Below, piece by piece: positions 18,539-28,334 of a stretch of 64,000 bases of DNA. Every line of letters begins with the position of its first letter. The stretch's first letter is position 1. The notes beneath the pieces were generated by a model that was not told the origin of the DNA, searched no databases, and saw only the letters and a list, made by a program, of their open reading frames with translations. Both the position numbers and the translations under genes were made by a program. This DNA comes from Alphaproteobacteria bacterium (GTDB taxonomy: Bacteria > Pseudomonadota > Alphaproteobacteria > Rickettsiales > SXRF01): positions 40,753 through 104,752 of the forward strand of contig JANRJW010000003.1 in the NCBI GenBank assembly GCA_033763775.1, read 5' to 3'.

Positions 18539-20406
18539 TGATCAAGCTGGGTGATATTCTGACCGGACGCGGCTGGATCAGCCAAGACATGCTGGCAAAA
18601 GCACTCCGTCTGCAGGAAAAGCAATCAGGTAAACTGGGCGATACATTGGTGGCGCTGGGCGCTATAGGTCTTCGCCAGCTGCATCAGGCTTTGGCCGACC
18701 AACATGGGCTGCGCTACGTCAATCTGATGGATGAACCACCAGAATCGACGCTGCTGCATCAGATGCTCTCGCCCGAGCTGTGCCTATCGCGCAGATTAGT
18801 CCCATGGCGCCGCCATGAGGATGGCGGACTGATGATTGCCGTCACCGACCCGAGCGAAGAAACTAGAAAATGGTGCCGTAAACAATTTGGTAGCCTGACG
18901 CATCTGGTGATGACATCGCCAATGGATATTCGCCTGATTCTCCAGCGCGAGTGTGGCCTGCAGCTTGAGCAGGCGAGCATTCTTTCGCTATGGCAGCGTA
19001 ATCCTCTGCTTTCGTCTCGAAATATCTGGTGGCCGGCGCAGCAGCGATGGTTTGCCGCGCTGGGGCTTATGATCGCACTGTGTTTACTGATGGCGCCATG
19101 GCAAACACTCGTAGCGCTGATGGTCATTTTCAATCTGTTATTTTTTGCCACCTTGCTGTTTAAGAGCATTATTTTTCTTTCAGGACTGAGGCCGCAACCA
19201 ACGCTTAACTGGCAGCAGATACTCGCGGATCTGGATGAGGCCAGCCTCCCCGTCTATACCATTCTTGTACCGATGTACCGCGAGAAAGAAAGCCTGCCGG
19301 GAATGATGAAGTCGCTTGCCGCGCTTGATTATCCTGTCTCACGGCTGGATATCAAGCTGGTACTGGAGGCTGACGATGAAGAGACTTACCGCGCAGCCTG
19401 CGCTCTGAAACCGCCCTACCATATTGATATCATCCTCGTACCTGCCAGCCATCCGCGCACCAAGCCCAAAGCATGCAATTATGCGCTTCGTTTTGCGCGC
19501 GGCGAATACATCACCATTTACGATGCAGATGATCGGCCAGAACCAACGCAGCTGAAAAAGGCGGTGGCCATGTTTCGGCGCCTGCCGCCGGAAGTGGTCT
19601 GCCTGCAGGCCAGGCTGAACTACTATAATGCTGGCGATAATCTGCTGACACGTTTCTTCTGCCTCGAATATGCGATGCTGTTTGGCACACTGATGCCCGG
19701 GCTACAGCGCCTCGGCATTCCCATGCCGCTGGGTGGCACCAGTAATCATCTCGCGCTGGCGAAGCTGCGTGCGCTTGGTGAGTGGGATCCGTTTAATGTG
19801 ACCGAAGATGCAGATCTCGGCACACGCCTTTGCCTAGAAGGCGGCAAAACAGAAATGCTTGATTCCTTTACGCTTGAAGAAGCACCGATTCATGTCATGC
19901 CGTGGATACGTCAGCGTGGCCGTTGGATTAAAGGCTATATGCAGACCTGGCTGGTATATATGCGTGCACCCATCATGCTTTATCAATCACTGGGGCTGGC
20001 TGGCTTTGTCGGTTTTCAGTTCTTCATGGGGCTTTCCTGCCTGACATTTCTCGTGGCGCCGCTGGTCTGGCTGGTCAGCCTGCTATGGCTCACGGGATCG
20101 GCGCTGCATCATCTTCCTGAATGGCTGATAATGCTGGCGGTGGTCAATCTTGCATTTAATATCCTTGGCCACTGGATCATGGCCGCGGCCAGCCTGACAC
20201 ACCAGCATCACAGCAAACTTCGCCTGCTTTCAGGCGTGCTGTTTTTCCCGCTTTATCTGGCACTCCATTCCCTCGCCAGCTACCGCGCGCTATGGCAACT
20301 TTTTGTCGCGCCGCATCTATGGGATAAAACAGAGCATGGCCTGAGCCAGCCATCCGCGCCAAATATCTCAGAAAATGAGGCGCTTAAAGTGAGAGTTGCA
20401 GCGTAA
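18538..20406 (+). CDS. Membrane-embedded processive family-2 glycosyltransferase with N-terminal MshEN (T2SSE_N) c-di-GMP-binding domain
   Basis: A tandem 24-residue MshEN motif lies at 18544..18702. GT2 blocks are [26 protein letters not shown] (19519..19533) and QRGRW (19912..19926). There are 2 TM segments before and about 4 after the GT domain. ATG 18538 overlaps the upstream TGA and follows GGAGGA. Confidence 0.8.
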   Translation: MIKLGDILTGRGWISQDMLAKALRLQEKQSGKLGDTLVALGAIGLRQLHQALADQHGLRYVNLMDEPPESTLLHQMLSPELCLSRRLVPWRRHEDGGLMIAVTDPSEETRKWCRKQFGSLTHLVMTSPMDIRLILQRECGLQLEQASILSLWQRNPLLSSRNIWWPAQQRWFAALGLMIALCLLMAPWQTLVALMVIFNLLFFATLLFKSIIFLSGLRPQPTLNWQQILADLDEASLPVYTILVPMYREKESLPGMMKSLAALDYPVSRLDIKLVLEADDEETYRAACALKPPYHIDIILVPASHPRTKPKACNYALRFARGEYITIYDADDRPEPTQLKKAVAMFRRLPPEVVCLQARLNYYNAGDNLLTRFFCLEYAMLFGTLMPGLQRLGIPMPLGGTSNHLALAKLRALGEWDPFNVTEDADLGTRLCLEGGKTEMLDSFTLEEAPIHVMPWIRQRGRWIKGYMQTWLVYMRAPIMLYQSLGLAGFVGFQFFMGLSCLTFLVAPLVWLVSLLWLTGSALHHLPEWLIMLAVVNLAFNILGHWIMAAASLTHQHHSKLRLLSGVLFFPLYLALHSLASYRALWQLFVAPHLWDKTEHGLSQPSAPNISENEALKVRVAA

Positions 20407-20470
20407 TAAATCCATTGACAAGCGCCCTGGCACTAAGCTAGACATGCGGCCTGCAAATAAAGGAATGGTT

Positions 20471-20596
20471 ATGAAAGTTCTCAGCTCGCTCAAATCTGCC
20501 AAAAAACGTGACAAAGACTGCCGCGTCGTTCGTCGCAAAGGCCGCGTTTATGTGATTAATAAGAAAAACCCACGCTTTAAAGCGCGTCAGGGCTAA
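20471..20596 (+). CDS. rpmJ: 50S ribosomal protein L36
   Basis: [41 protein letters not shown] (41 aa). ATG 20471 is preceded by AAAGGA. Confidence 0.9.
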   Translation: MKVLSSLKSAKKRDKDCRVVRRKGRVYVINKKNPRFKARQG

Positions 20597-20599
20597 TTC

Positions 20600-20995
20600 T
20601 TACTCCACAAATACCCTGATTTCATGGCTAGAAACCGCCTTCGAGTTTTCGGAGGCGGTTTTAATGCGTTCTGCTGGCACACCAAGCTCCGCCATGGCGG
20701 CGGTAACTTCCTTCAATTGAGCAATCGCTTTGCTGGCAGGAACCGGTGTCACACCGCGGCGGCTGACCGGCACCACCGATACCACACGATACACCACACC
20801 GGGGCGCAGATTCTCAGCATTGGCAACAGCCTGCCGCAGCGGGCGGGCATAGTGTACATGCTCCTGATTAAAGCGGATAAGCAGCAGTGGACGCTGATCC
20901 GCTGATGCCGCTGCCGGTGAAGCAGAGGCAGTAACCGGTGCCAAAGCGAGTAAAATAGATACAAGAACTGCAGAAATACGGGGCAGAGACGCCAT
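20600..20995 (-). CDS. Secreted hypothetical protein (131 aa)
   Basis: Signal peptide MASLPRISAVLVSILLALAPVTASA. No family recognised. Confidence 0.5.
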   Translation of the reverse strand: MASLPRISAVLVSILLALAPVTASASPAAASADQRPLLLIRFNQEHVHYARPLRQAVANAENLRPGVVYRVVSVVPVSRRGVTPVPASKAIAQLKEVTAAMAELGVPAERIKTASENSKAVSSHEIRVFVE

Positions 20996-21194
20996 AACAA
21001 ACTCCCAAATGAATAAGACTGAAATAAGCAGTAATGCAAGCGCGCGGGCGAGTCAATCCTGCGTCGCACAGGCTGCAAATAAAACCCTTGTATTTTGAGC
21101 CGCTATTGTTTAGTTTGCGCCTCCGTTGCTTAAAATGCGCAGCAGAAAAAACCGTTCTAAAGCTTACCACCAGAGCCGTAGAATGGTGCCATGT

Positions 21195-21271
21195 GGACCC
21201 GTAGCTCAGTTGGATAGAGCATTTGACTACGAATCAAAAGGTCGGGCGTTCGAGTCGCTCCGGGTCCGCCA
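21195..21271 (+). tRNA. tRNA-Arg (anticodon ACG)
   Basis: Cloverleaf read by hand. The acceptor stem is GGACCCG/CGGGTCC and the D arm is GCTCAGTTGGATAGAGC. The anticodon stem-loop is TTTGA-CTACGAA-TCAAA, the T arm is GGGCGTTCGAGTCGCTC, and CCA is encoded. Confidence 0.9.
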
Positions 21272-21272
21272 C

Positions 21273-22562
21273 CTACCCTTTCTTTTCCCTCAGTTTCTGC
21301 CAGTAATCGAGACGCTTGATAATCTCGCGCTCAAAACCGCGCTCATTAGGCTTATAAAATTGCTGGCGCGCCATGGTTTCTGGAAAATAATTCTGTCCGG
21401 AAAAGCCGTCTTCTTCATCGTGGTCATAAGCATAATCCGCGCCGTAACCAAGCGCCTTCATCATCGTTGTTGGTGCGTTCAGAATATGTGCTGGCGGCAT
21501 CAACGATCCGTGGCTGCGAGCGCTGCGCGCGGCAGCTTTTGCCGCAACATAAACCGCGTTGGATTTTGGGGCGGTTGCCAGATATACCACAGCCTGTGCG
21601 AGTGCCAGCTCTCCTTCCGGCGAGCCAAGAAACTCATACGCCTCTCTGGCGGCATTGGCCTGCATGAGCGCCTGCGGGTCGGCCATGCCAATATCCTCAG
21701 CCGCGAAGCGCACCAATCTGCGTGCAATATAAAGTGGGTTTTCGCCGCCTTCCAGCATCCGTGAAAACCAGTAAAGCGCCGCATCAACGTCGGATCCACG
21801 CAGTGATTTGTGCAGCGCGCTGATGAGGTTGTAATGCCCATCCTGCTTTTTATCATAGACCGGTGCACGCTTTTGCACATAAGCAGCCAGTTGCGCAGCA
21901 TCCATCGCGTTGCCCTGATACGCCGCCACCAGCTCGCAAAAATTCAAAAGTGCGCGGCCATCGCCATCCGCCATTGCTATCAGCTGGAGCCGTGCTGGCT
22001 GCGTCAGTGGCAACGATTTGCCTAGCTTTGCTTCGGCGCGAATCATCAATTGTTCGAGCGCTGGTTGCTCAAGGCGGCTCATCACCACCACCTGCATGCG
22101 TGAAAGCAGTGCGCTGTTAATTTCAAACGAGGGGTTTTCGGTGGTGGCGCCAATGAGCACGATGGTGCCATCCTCAACCACTGGCAGAAATACATCCTGC
22201 TAGGCGCGGTTGAAACGATGAATTTCATCCACAAACACCACCGTTTTTCTGCCATCCTTGGCACGTGTGCGAGCGCGTGCAAAAATCTCCTTCAGCTCTG
22301 CCGTGCCAGAGGCAACGGCCGATACCACATCCATCTCATAGCCACTCTGCTCTGCGATAATGCGGGCAAGCGTGGTTTTGCCGCAGCCGGGCGGCCCCCA
22401 TAGCACCAGCGAGACAGGCCTGCGACTTGCAAGCATCTGCCTGAGCATGTGCGATTGGCCAAGCAGCGCCTCCTGCCCCACCAGCTGGTCAAGCGAGGTT
22501 GGCCGCAGCTGCTCTGCCAGCGGCATGTCGCTCGTCGTGTTTTGTTCAAAAAGTGTTTTCAT
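21273..22562 (-). pseudogene. rarA: Replication-associated recombination protein A (RarA/MgsA) interrupted by one in-frame TAG
   Basis: Two same-frame ORFs (22200..22562 and 21273..22181). The Walker A motif is GPPGCGKTT. The junction reads [39 protein letters not shown], where homologues have Q at the stop position. Confidence 0.85.
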
Positions 22563-22608
22563 CCGCTGAAAGATTAGCTAAAGCTAGCATAGTAAACCAG
22601 AGAAAATC

Positions 22609-23136
22609 ATGATCACACCTCGCCTCATCACCTTAAGCCTTATTGTTCTTGTTGCAGCTTTCTCCAGATTGCTGCCGCATCCCGATAATGTCACGCCAAT
22701 CGCCGCGCTGGCATTGTTTGCCGGCGTGTATCTGGAAAAAAAATGGCTGGCATTTGCGCTGCCTCTTTTGTCCATGCTCCTCAGCGATGCCATTCTTGGT
22801 TTTCACAGCAGCATGTGGGGGGTATATCTTGGCTTTGCGCTGATCACCTGCCTCGGCTTCCTGCTGAAAGAAAAAGCACGGATACTAACTGTTGCAGCAG
22901 CGGCGACTCTGGGCTCAGTCGTATTTTTTATCACCAGCAATTTTGCCGTCTGGCTGTCGGCCGGTCTTTATCCGCTGACAACGCAGGGGCTGGCGCAGTG
23001 CTTCGTCGCGGCTATTCCGTTTTATCAAAACACACTTTTGGGCGATCTCTTTTATACCGGCCTGCTTTTTGCTGGTTTTGCGCAAGCCGAGCAGCGCTTT
23101 GCATGGCTTCGCAGCTCGCCGCTTAAAACCGCCTGA
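22609..23136 (+). CDS. Polytopic membrane protein, family uncertain
   Basis: 175 aa with 5-6 hydrophobic segments (MITPRLITLSLIVLVAAFSRLLPHPDNVTPIAALALFAG...). I cannot assign a function. Confidence 0.55.
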   Translation: MITPRLITLSLIVLVAAFSRLLPHPDNVTPIAALALFAGVYLEKKWLAFALPLLSMLLSDAILGFHSSMWGVYLGFALITCLGFLLKEKARILTVAAAATLGSVVFFITSNFAVWLSAGLYPLTTQGLAQCFVAAIPFYQNTLLGDLFYTGLLFAGFAQAEQRFAWLRSSPLKTA

Positions 23137-23139
23137 TGA

Positions 23140-25470
23140 TTACGCCCTGCTACTGCTGAACTGCAGCGCGCCAAGCAGCGACGACTGCAGGCTGCGCGCC
23201 TGAGCAATCACCGCAACCGCCGCATTCACCCGCACCGCAGACTGCGCATAGTTGATCGATTCCTCAGCAATATCAGTATCCACCAGCACGCTGCGCGCCT
23301 GGGTGAGGCCCTCGATGGTGCTGCTTAAATTACTGCGTGCAAAATCAAGCCGCTGCTGCTGCGCCCCCAATGTGCTGATCGTGCCAAGCACCGCATTGCG
23401 CGCAATCGCAATCGCGCTTTGCGCCGCTGCAGCAGCGGACTGGCTGGCCACGCTTGGCAAAGTGCCGTTAAACAGTGCGCTGCTGCGCGCATCGTCAATC
23501 ACTACATTCAATACATCATCACTGCTGATACCAAGCTGAAATCTTGCGCCATTATCGCTGGCGCCAAGCCGCAGTGCTGAGCGAAACGCCGATGCAAAAG
23601 CTGCCGCTGCTTCAGCATCCGAAAAATTCTTCTCAACGGATCCATTTCTTAGAATCAGCTGTTTATTGCTATCCACGACACTGCTGAACACCACCGTTTC
23701 ATACGCGCCGATACGCCCGCCCAGCCCTGTTTCCGCGCTGAACTCTTCGCCATTAATCACCAGCTTGATACGCCCATCCGCGCTCGTGGGCGCGGTGACA
23801 GTGAGACTATCAATACGCACATCGCTGAAATCTTTCAGCTGCAGCCGCGCTGAAGCGTCCAGAAAACTGCCCGCCGCCACCACATTACTCACCGGACGGC
23901 TGTTATAAAATGTCAGGGTAGAAAATGCGGCATTCATACGGCTTGCAAACGTATCAGCGCTGCTTTGATTAGTCACAGCCAGCCCGCCGGAAGCAAGCTG
24001 CACATCCAGATACCCGCCCTCATTCGAGCGCAGCCGCACAGTGGTGTTGGTTGCTGGTGTGGTGTCGCTGATGGTGGCGCTGTACACACTGCTGCCCACT
24101 GTCAGATTGAGGGTGATATTATCGGCTGAGTTATAGGTCGCGGAAAAGCCCTGAATCGTGCCGATAAAATCGCCGTTATTGATGGCTGAAACATTCACGC
24201 CGGTTGTCGTGCCATTATTCAGCGTTGTCGTTGAGAGGGTGCCATTAGCAATTGTTTCAGCAATATCCAGCGCGGCGCCGCTGAGATCGGTGGGGTTGCC
24301 CGGGGTTTGACTGCGAATCGTGAGCGTATTGCCGCTGATAGAAAACTCCAGCTGCCGCAGCCCATAATTATCGCTGCCCTGATACTGGCTGAGTTTGGCG
24401 ACAATATTCTGGAGCGTCTCTTCCGTCGTTGCGCCAATTTGAATTTCCGTGGCAGTCGAGGCGCTATTGCTGAAGCTGAAATTAATCAGGCCGCCATTGC
24501 CATTGTCGATGCGCAGCTGCTCACCGGCCGTGACGGCACCATTTAGCGTTAGCGTTGCGCTGGCCGCGACCTGCGACTGCGCGGTGACCAGCGAATCACC
24601 CACAATGCCCGCCGCGCGCGTGCTGGAAAACCCCAGCCCATTATCAGCGCCGCCGGAAAGCGTAAACACGTTGGTCACGCTGGTGGCACCGCCCGAGGTA
24701 GTGAATGTGGTGGTGGAGCCGGCTTGGTTAATCACAAACTGGTTGCCCAAGGTGCCGCCGGAACGTGCGGTGAGCGTCAGCACGTTGGTGCCGGTGCGTT
24801 CAGCCCGAACGCCAGAAAGTGCGGTGTTTGTAGAATTATTGATGGCAAGCACCAGATTATCGAGCGTTGTTTGCGTGCTGCCGCCCACGGCAAAATCCGT
24901 ATTCGCCGCCAGCGAAACACCATTCAGCACCACCGTCTGACCTGCGGTCGGGTTCGCACTGAAAGTGAGCGCAGCGCTTGCTTTGGTGGCTGGGGTTGAT
25001 TGTGTCAGTGCTTTAGCTGCGCCGGAGAGTGCGCCGGAAAGCAGCCGAATGGCATTAAAGGAAGTGTTGCTCGCAATGCGATCAATCTCAGAAAGATACT
25101 GGCTGAATTGCTGCTGCAGAAATGCACGGTCTGTGCTGGTGAGTGATGCGCTGTTGGCCTGCACAGCGGTGGCATTCATCTGGTCGAGTATCTCGCGAAT
25201 CTGGCCAAGTCCGCTATCGGCGACCTGAAGCAGGCTGGTGCCCTGCGCGACATTGATGGAGGCTTGCTTCAGCCCGGAAATCTGCGACTGCATACGCGCC
25301 GCGATGGAAAACGACGCCACATCATCGCTGGCGCGCGCCAGACGATTACCACTGGAAAGCCGCAGCGTCGAGTCAGCCAGCTCGTCGCTGGCGCGGTTTA
25401 GAGAAAATAAAGCCGGAGTAAAAAACGCTGAGGAACTCAGCGACGAAGAAATCGTCGTCATAGACATCAT
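23140..25470 (-). CDS. Flagellin, unusually large (776 aa)
   Basis: The N-terminal flagellin domain contains LRLSSGNRLARASDDVASFSIAARMQSQISGLKQASINVAQGTSLLQVADSGL. The C-terminal domain contains LGAQQQRLDFARSNLSSTIEGLTQARSVLVDTDIAEESINYAQSAV. Between them is a Thr/Ser/Gly/Asn-rich insert of about 540 aa. Confidence 0.85.
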   Translation of the reverse strand: MMSMTTISSSLSSSAFFTPALFSLNRASDELADSTLRLSSGNRLARASDDVASFSIAARMQSQISGLKQASINVAQGTSLLQVADSGLGQIREILDQMNATAVQANSASLTSTDRAFLQQQFSQYLSEIDRIASNTSFNAIRLLSGALSGAAKALTQSTPATKASAALTFSANPTAGQTVVLNGVSLAANTDFAVGGSTQTTLDNLVLAINNSTNTALSGVRAERTGTNVLTLTARSGGTLGNQFVINQAGSTTTFTTSGGATSVTNVFTLSGGADNGLGFSSTRAAGIVGDSLVTAQSQVAASATLTLNGAVTAGEQLRIDNGNGGLINFSFSNSASTATEIQIGATTEETLQNIVAKLSQYQGSDNYGLRQLEFSISGNTLTIRSQTPGNPTDLSGAALDIAETIANGTLSTTTLNNGTTTGVNVSAINNGDFIGTIQGFSATYNSADNITLNLTVGSSVYSATISDTTPATNTTVRLRSNEGGYLDVQLASGGLAVTNQSSADTFASRMNAAFSTLTFYNSRPVSNVVAAGSFLDASARLQLKDFSDVRIDSLTVTAPTSADGRIKLVINGEEFSAETGLGGRIGAYETVVFSSVVDSNKQLILRNGSVEKNFSDAEAAAAFASAFRSALRLGASDNGARFQLGISSDDVLNVVIDDARSSALFNGTLPSVASQSAAAAAQSAIAIARNAVLGTISTLGAQQQRLDFARSNLSSTIEGLTQARSVLVDTDIAEESINYAQSAVRVNAAVAVIAQARSLQSSLLGALQFSSSRA

Positions 25471-25727
25471 GCCCGTTTTCGCTATGGACGATCCCTACGT
25501 GGGCTGACCATACCTGATACACGCGGTTCATTTACATAATGAAACCGGACACGGAGCCTACATCGCTCCTGCTACAACATATGCAGCCTGAATACTCTAT
25601 CACATAAAATATTTAAAATGAATTAATGACAGTGAACTTAGGCAAAGAAAACTTCCTGCTTGCATAGCAACCATAAAAACGACTATTTTGCTGCCAAATT
25701 AAACATTTCTATCAAAAACATAGGCTT

Positions 25728-27548
25728 ATGTGCGGCATCCTTGGCATTACTGGGAACAAACCCGCAGCACAGCGCATCCTCGAGGGGCTGCGCCAGCTGG
25801 AATATCGCGGCTATGATTCTGCGGGCATTGCCACGCTGACCCACGGCGGCATTGAACGCCGGCGCGCGCAGGGCAAGCTGAATCATCTGGCTGATGAGCT
25901 CAAAAAAGCACCACTTACCGGCACCACCGGCATCGGCCACACACGATGGGCAACCCACGGCGCGCCAAGCGAGACCAATGCCCACCCTCACGCCACGGAT
26001 AAGGTCGCGGTGGTGCATAATGGCATCATCGAAAATTTCAAAGAGATTAAAGATCGCCTGATCGCGCGCGGCCACCATTTCTACAGCCAGACCGATACCG
26101 AAGTCGTGCCCGTGCTGGTAACTGATCTTCTGAGCGAAGGGCTAAGCCCGCGCGACGCCGTGATGCAGGCGCTGGGAGAGCTGCGCGGCGCCTATGCGCT
26201 GGCGCTTATCTTTGCGGATCATCCAGATTTAGTGATTGCTGCGCGAAACGGCCCGCCGCTGGCCATCGGCTATGGCGAAGGCGAGAACTACCTCGGTTCG
26301 GATGCGATTGCGTTATCGCACCTCACCAGCCGTATCACCTATCTGGAAGATGGAGACTGGGCGGTCATCACCCCCGGTAGCGTCACCATCTATGACAGCA
26401 CCCATCAGGAAACATCCCGGGCAGTGCTGCAATCTGCCTACAGCAGCGGCGCCATCGCCAAAGGCAATTACCGCCACTACATGCAGAAAGAAATTTACGA
26501 GCAGCCGGGCGTGGTCGGCGAAACCCTCAAGCTTTACTGCAACCCGGATACACTCACCACCACCCTGCCCACGCTGCCGTTTGATCTTGCGGCCATCCAG
26601 CGCGTACAGCTGGTGGCGTGCGGCACATCATACTATGCGGCCAGCGTCGCGAAATACTGGATAGAGTCGATGGCGCGCCTGCCGGTGGATGTTGATATTG
26701 CTTCGGAATATCGTTATCGCCAGCCGATTATTGATAAAAACACGCTATGCGTTGTCATTTCGCAATCAGGCGAAACTGCCGATACGCTCGCGGTGCTGCG
26801 CATGGTCAAACCCATTCAGCCGACACTCGCTATTGTCAACGTGCCGGAAAGCACCATCGCACGAGAAGCAGGCGCCGTGCTGCACACCTATGCCGGGCCG
26901 GAAATCGGCGTGGCCTCCACCAAAGCATTCACCACCCAGCTCGCCACGCTTGCCTGCCTGACGCTGGCACTGGCGGATGCCCGCAAATCTGCGCCAGTAG
27001 AGCAGCTTAAAGCGTGGTGTTCGCATCTGCTTGAACTACCAGTGCTGATGAATGAAGCGCTACACCATGATCATGCGCTGCAGGCACTGGCCAGCAACCT
27101 GATGCATGCGCGCGATATGCTCTATATCGGTCGCGGCACCAGCTATGCCATCGCCATGGAAGGCGCGCTGAAAATGAAAGAAATTTCCTATATTCATGCC
27201 GAAGCCTACGCCGCAGGCGAGCTCAAACATGGCCCCATTGCGCTGATTGATGAGCAGGTGCCGATTATGGTGCTCGCGCCCAGCGATAGCTGGTTTGAAA
27301 AAACCGCCTCCAACCTTCAGGAGGCCGCAGCGCGCGGCGGCCGCATTGTGCTTGTTACGGATAAAAAAGGCGCAGATGCCACAGGCGATATGGCCAGCGC
27401 CACCATCGTCATGCCAACATGTGACGCGTTTGTCGCCCCCCTGCTCTATGCGCTGCCCATGCAGCTACTCGCCTATCATACGGCTGTACTCAAAGGCACG
27501 GATGTTGACCAGCCGAGAAATCTTGCCAAGTCTGTTACTGTGGAATAA
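25728..27548 (+). CDS. glmS: Glutamine--fructose-6-phosphate aminotransferase
   Basis: MCGILGI N-terminal nucleophile, two SIS domains, and the C-terminal ...KSVTVE. Confidence 0.95.
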   Translation: MCGILGITGNKPAAQRILEGLRQLEYRGYDSAGIATLTHGGIERRRAQGKLNHLADELKKAPLTGTTGIGHTRWATHGAPSETNAHPHATDKVAVVHNGIIENFKEIKDRLIARGHHFYSQTDTEVVPVLVTDLLSEGLSPRDAVMQALGELRGAYALALIFADHPDLVIAARNGPPLAIGYGEGENYLGSDAIALSHLTSRITYLEDGDWAVITPGSVTIYDSTHQETSRAVLQSAYSSGAIAKGNYRHYMQKEIYEQPGVVGETLKLYCNPDTLTTTLPTLPFDLAAIQRVQLVACGTSYYAASVAKYWIESMARLPVDVDIASEYRYRQPIIDKNTLCVVISQSGETADTLAVLRMVKPIQPTLAIVNVPESTIAREAGAVLHTYAGPEIGVASTKAFTTQLATLACLTLALADARKSAPVEQLKAWCSHLLELPVLMNEALHHDHALQALASNLMHARDMLYIGRGTSYAIAMEGALKMKEISYIHAEAYAAGELKHGPIALIDEQVPIMVLAPSDSWFEKTASNLQEAAARGGRIVLVTDKKGADATGDMASATIVMPTCDAFVAPLLYALPMQLLAYHTAVLKGTDVDQPRNLAKSVTVE

Positions 27549-27560
27549 GCACTGCTTAAC

Positions 27561-28334
27561 TTACCAGAACGTGGGTAGCACCGCGCCATAGAGCGCACAC
27601 AGCATCACCGCCAGCCCAAATGCCGCCGTGTAAGGCGCATGCATCAAGCCCAGCTTGCGAGCCAGCCAGAACAGCAACCAGAAGGCAGCATAAAGCACAA
27701 GAAATTGAGGCAGCAGGGCAGCGCCCACACAAAGCCCGCCCACTACCAGCACCAGCGCCGGCGGCGGCAAGGTATAAATATGCCCGACCTTCACCAGCTT
27801 TTTTCGCCATATCACCGCGGCAAGCAGGAGTGCATACAGCGCCCCTTCCACCATCGGATAAAGGCTGTGATCCATCAGCAGCCGCAGCAGCGCGCCGGAA
27901 ACCGCCACCACCACCATCATGTTTTTCATCACCATGCCCTCGTTGGCATGAATCGCTGCAAGTACAACCAGAAAAACCCCAAGCATGGTGACGAGTAGAA
28001 ACTGCTCACCATAATTAAACTTGAAGTAAGCAAGCACCAATAGCGCGGCGACCAGCAGCTCTGTCCATGTATGCGAAACAGGAAAAGGCGTTTTGCAGTA
28101 ACGGCAGCGATGCCGCAGTATCAGTGCAGAAAATACGGGAAAAAGATCTTTGGTCGCAAGCGGCGTGCCGCAGTGGCCGCAATAAGGTGGCTTATCGAGC
28201 ACCAGACGGCCACGTGGCAGCCGATGCACCAGACTACAGGCATAATTCCCAATCGCAAAACCCACGGCAATCGACCAGATGATACCACAGATCACATAGC
28301 CGATTTTAACATCCAGCACGCCATCGAACATCAA
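27561..28334 (-). CDS. Prepilin peptidase (A24/PilD) homologue lacking the GxGD catalytic motif
   Basis: The N-terminal HRLP...CGHCGTPL...CRYCKTPF Cys-box domain and about 7 TM segments align with PilD as I remember it. There is no Asp in the last ~108 residues. Confidence 0.7.
   Translation of the reverse strand: MMFDGVLDVKIGYVICGIIWSIAVGFAIGNYACSLVHRLPRGRLVLDKPPYCGHCGTPLATKDLFPVFSALILRHRCRYCKTPFPVSHTWTELLVAALLVLAYFKFNYGEQFLLVTMLGVFLVVLAAIHANEGMVMKNMMVVVAVSGALLRLLMDHSLYPMVEGALYALLLAAVIWRKKLVKVGHIYTLPPPALVLVVGGLCVGAALLPQFLVLYAAFWLLFWLARKLGLMHAPYTAAFGLAVMLCALYGAVLPTFW

Noticed and set aside
21126-21764. 212-aa plus-strand ORF spanning tRNA-Arg
   Set aside because: It reads through a clear tRNA gene and then runs antisense to rarA.
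25471-25727. Possible sigma54 or sigma28 flagellar promoter upstream of the flagellin gene, or a glmS ribozyme upstream of glmS
   Set aside because: The best GG..GC candidate on the minus strand (TGGTTGCTATGCAAGCA) has the wrong spacing by 1 nt. TGGCAGCAAAATAGTC lacks the -12 GC. I found no TAAA-N15-GCCGATAA. The leader is too short and unlike the glmS ribozyme, which is a Gram-positive feature.
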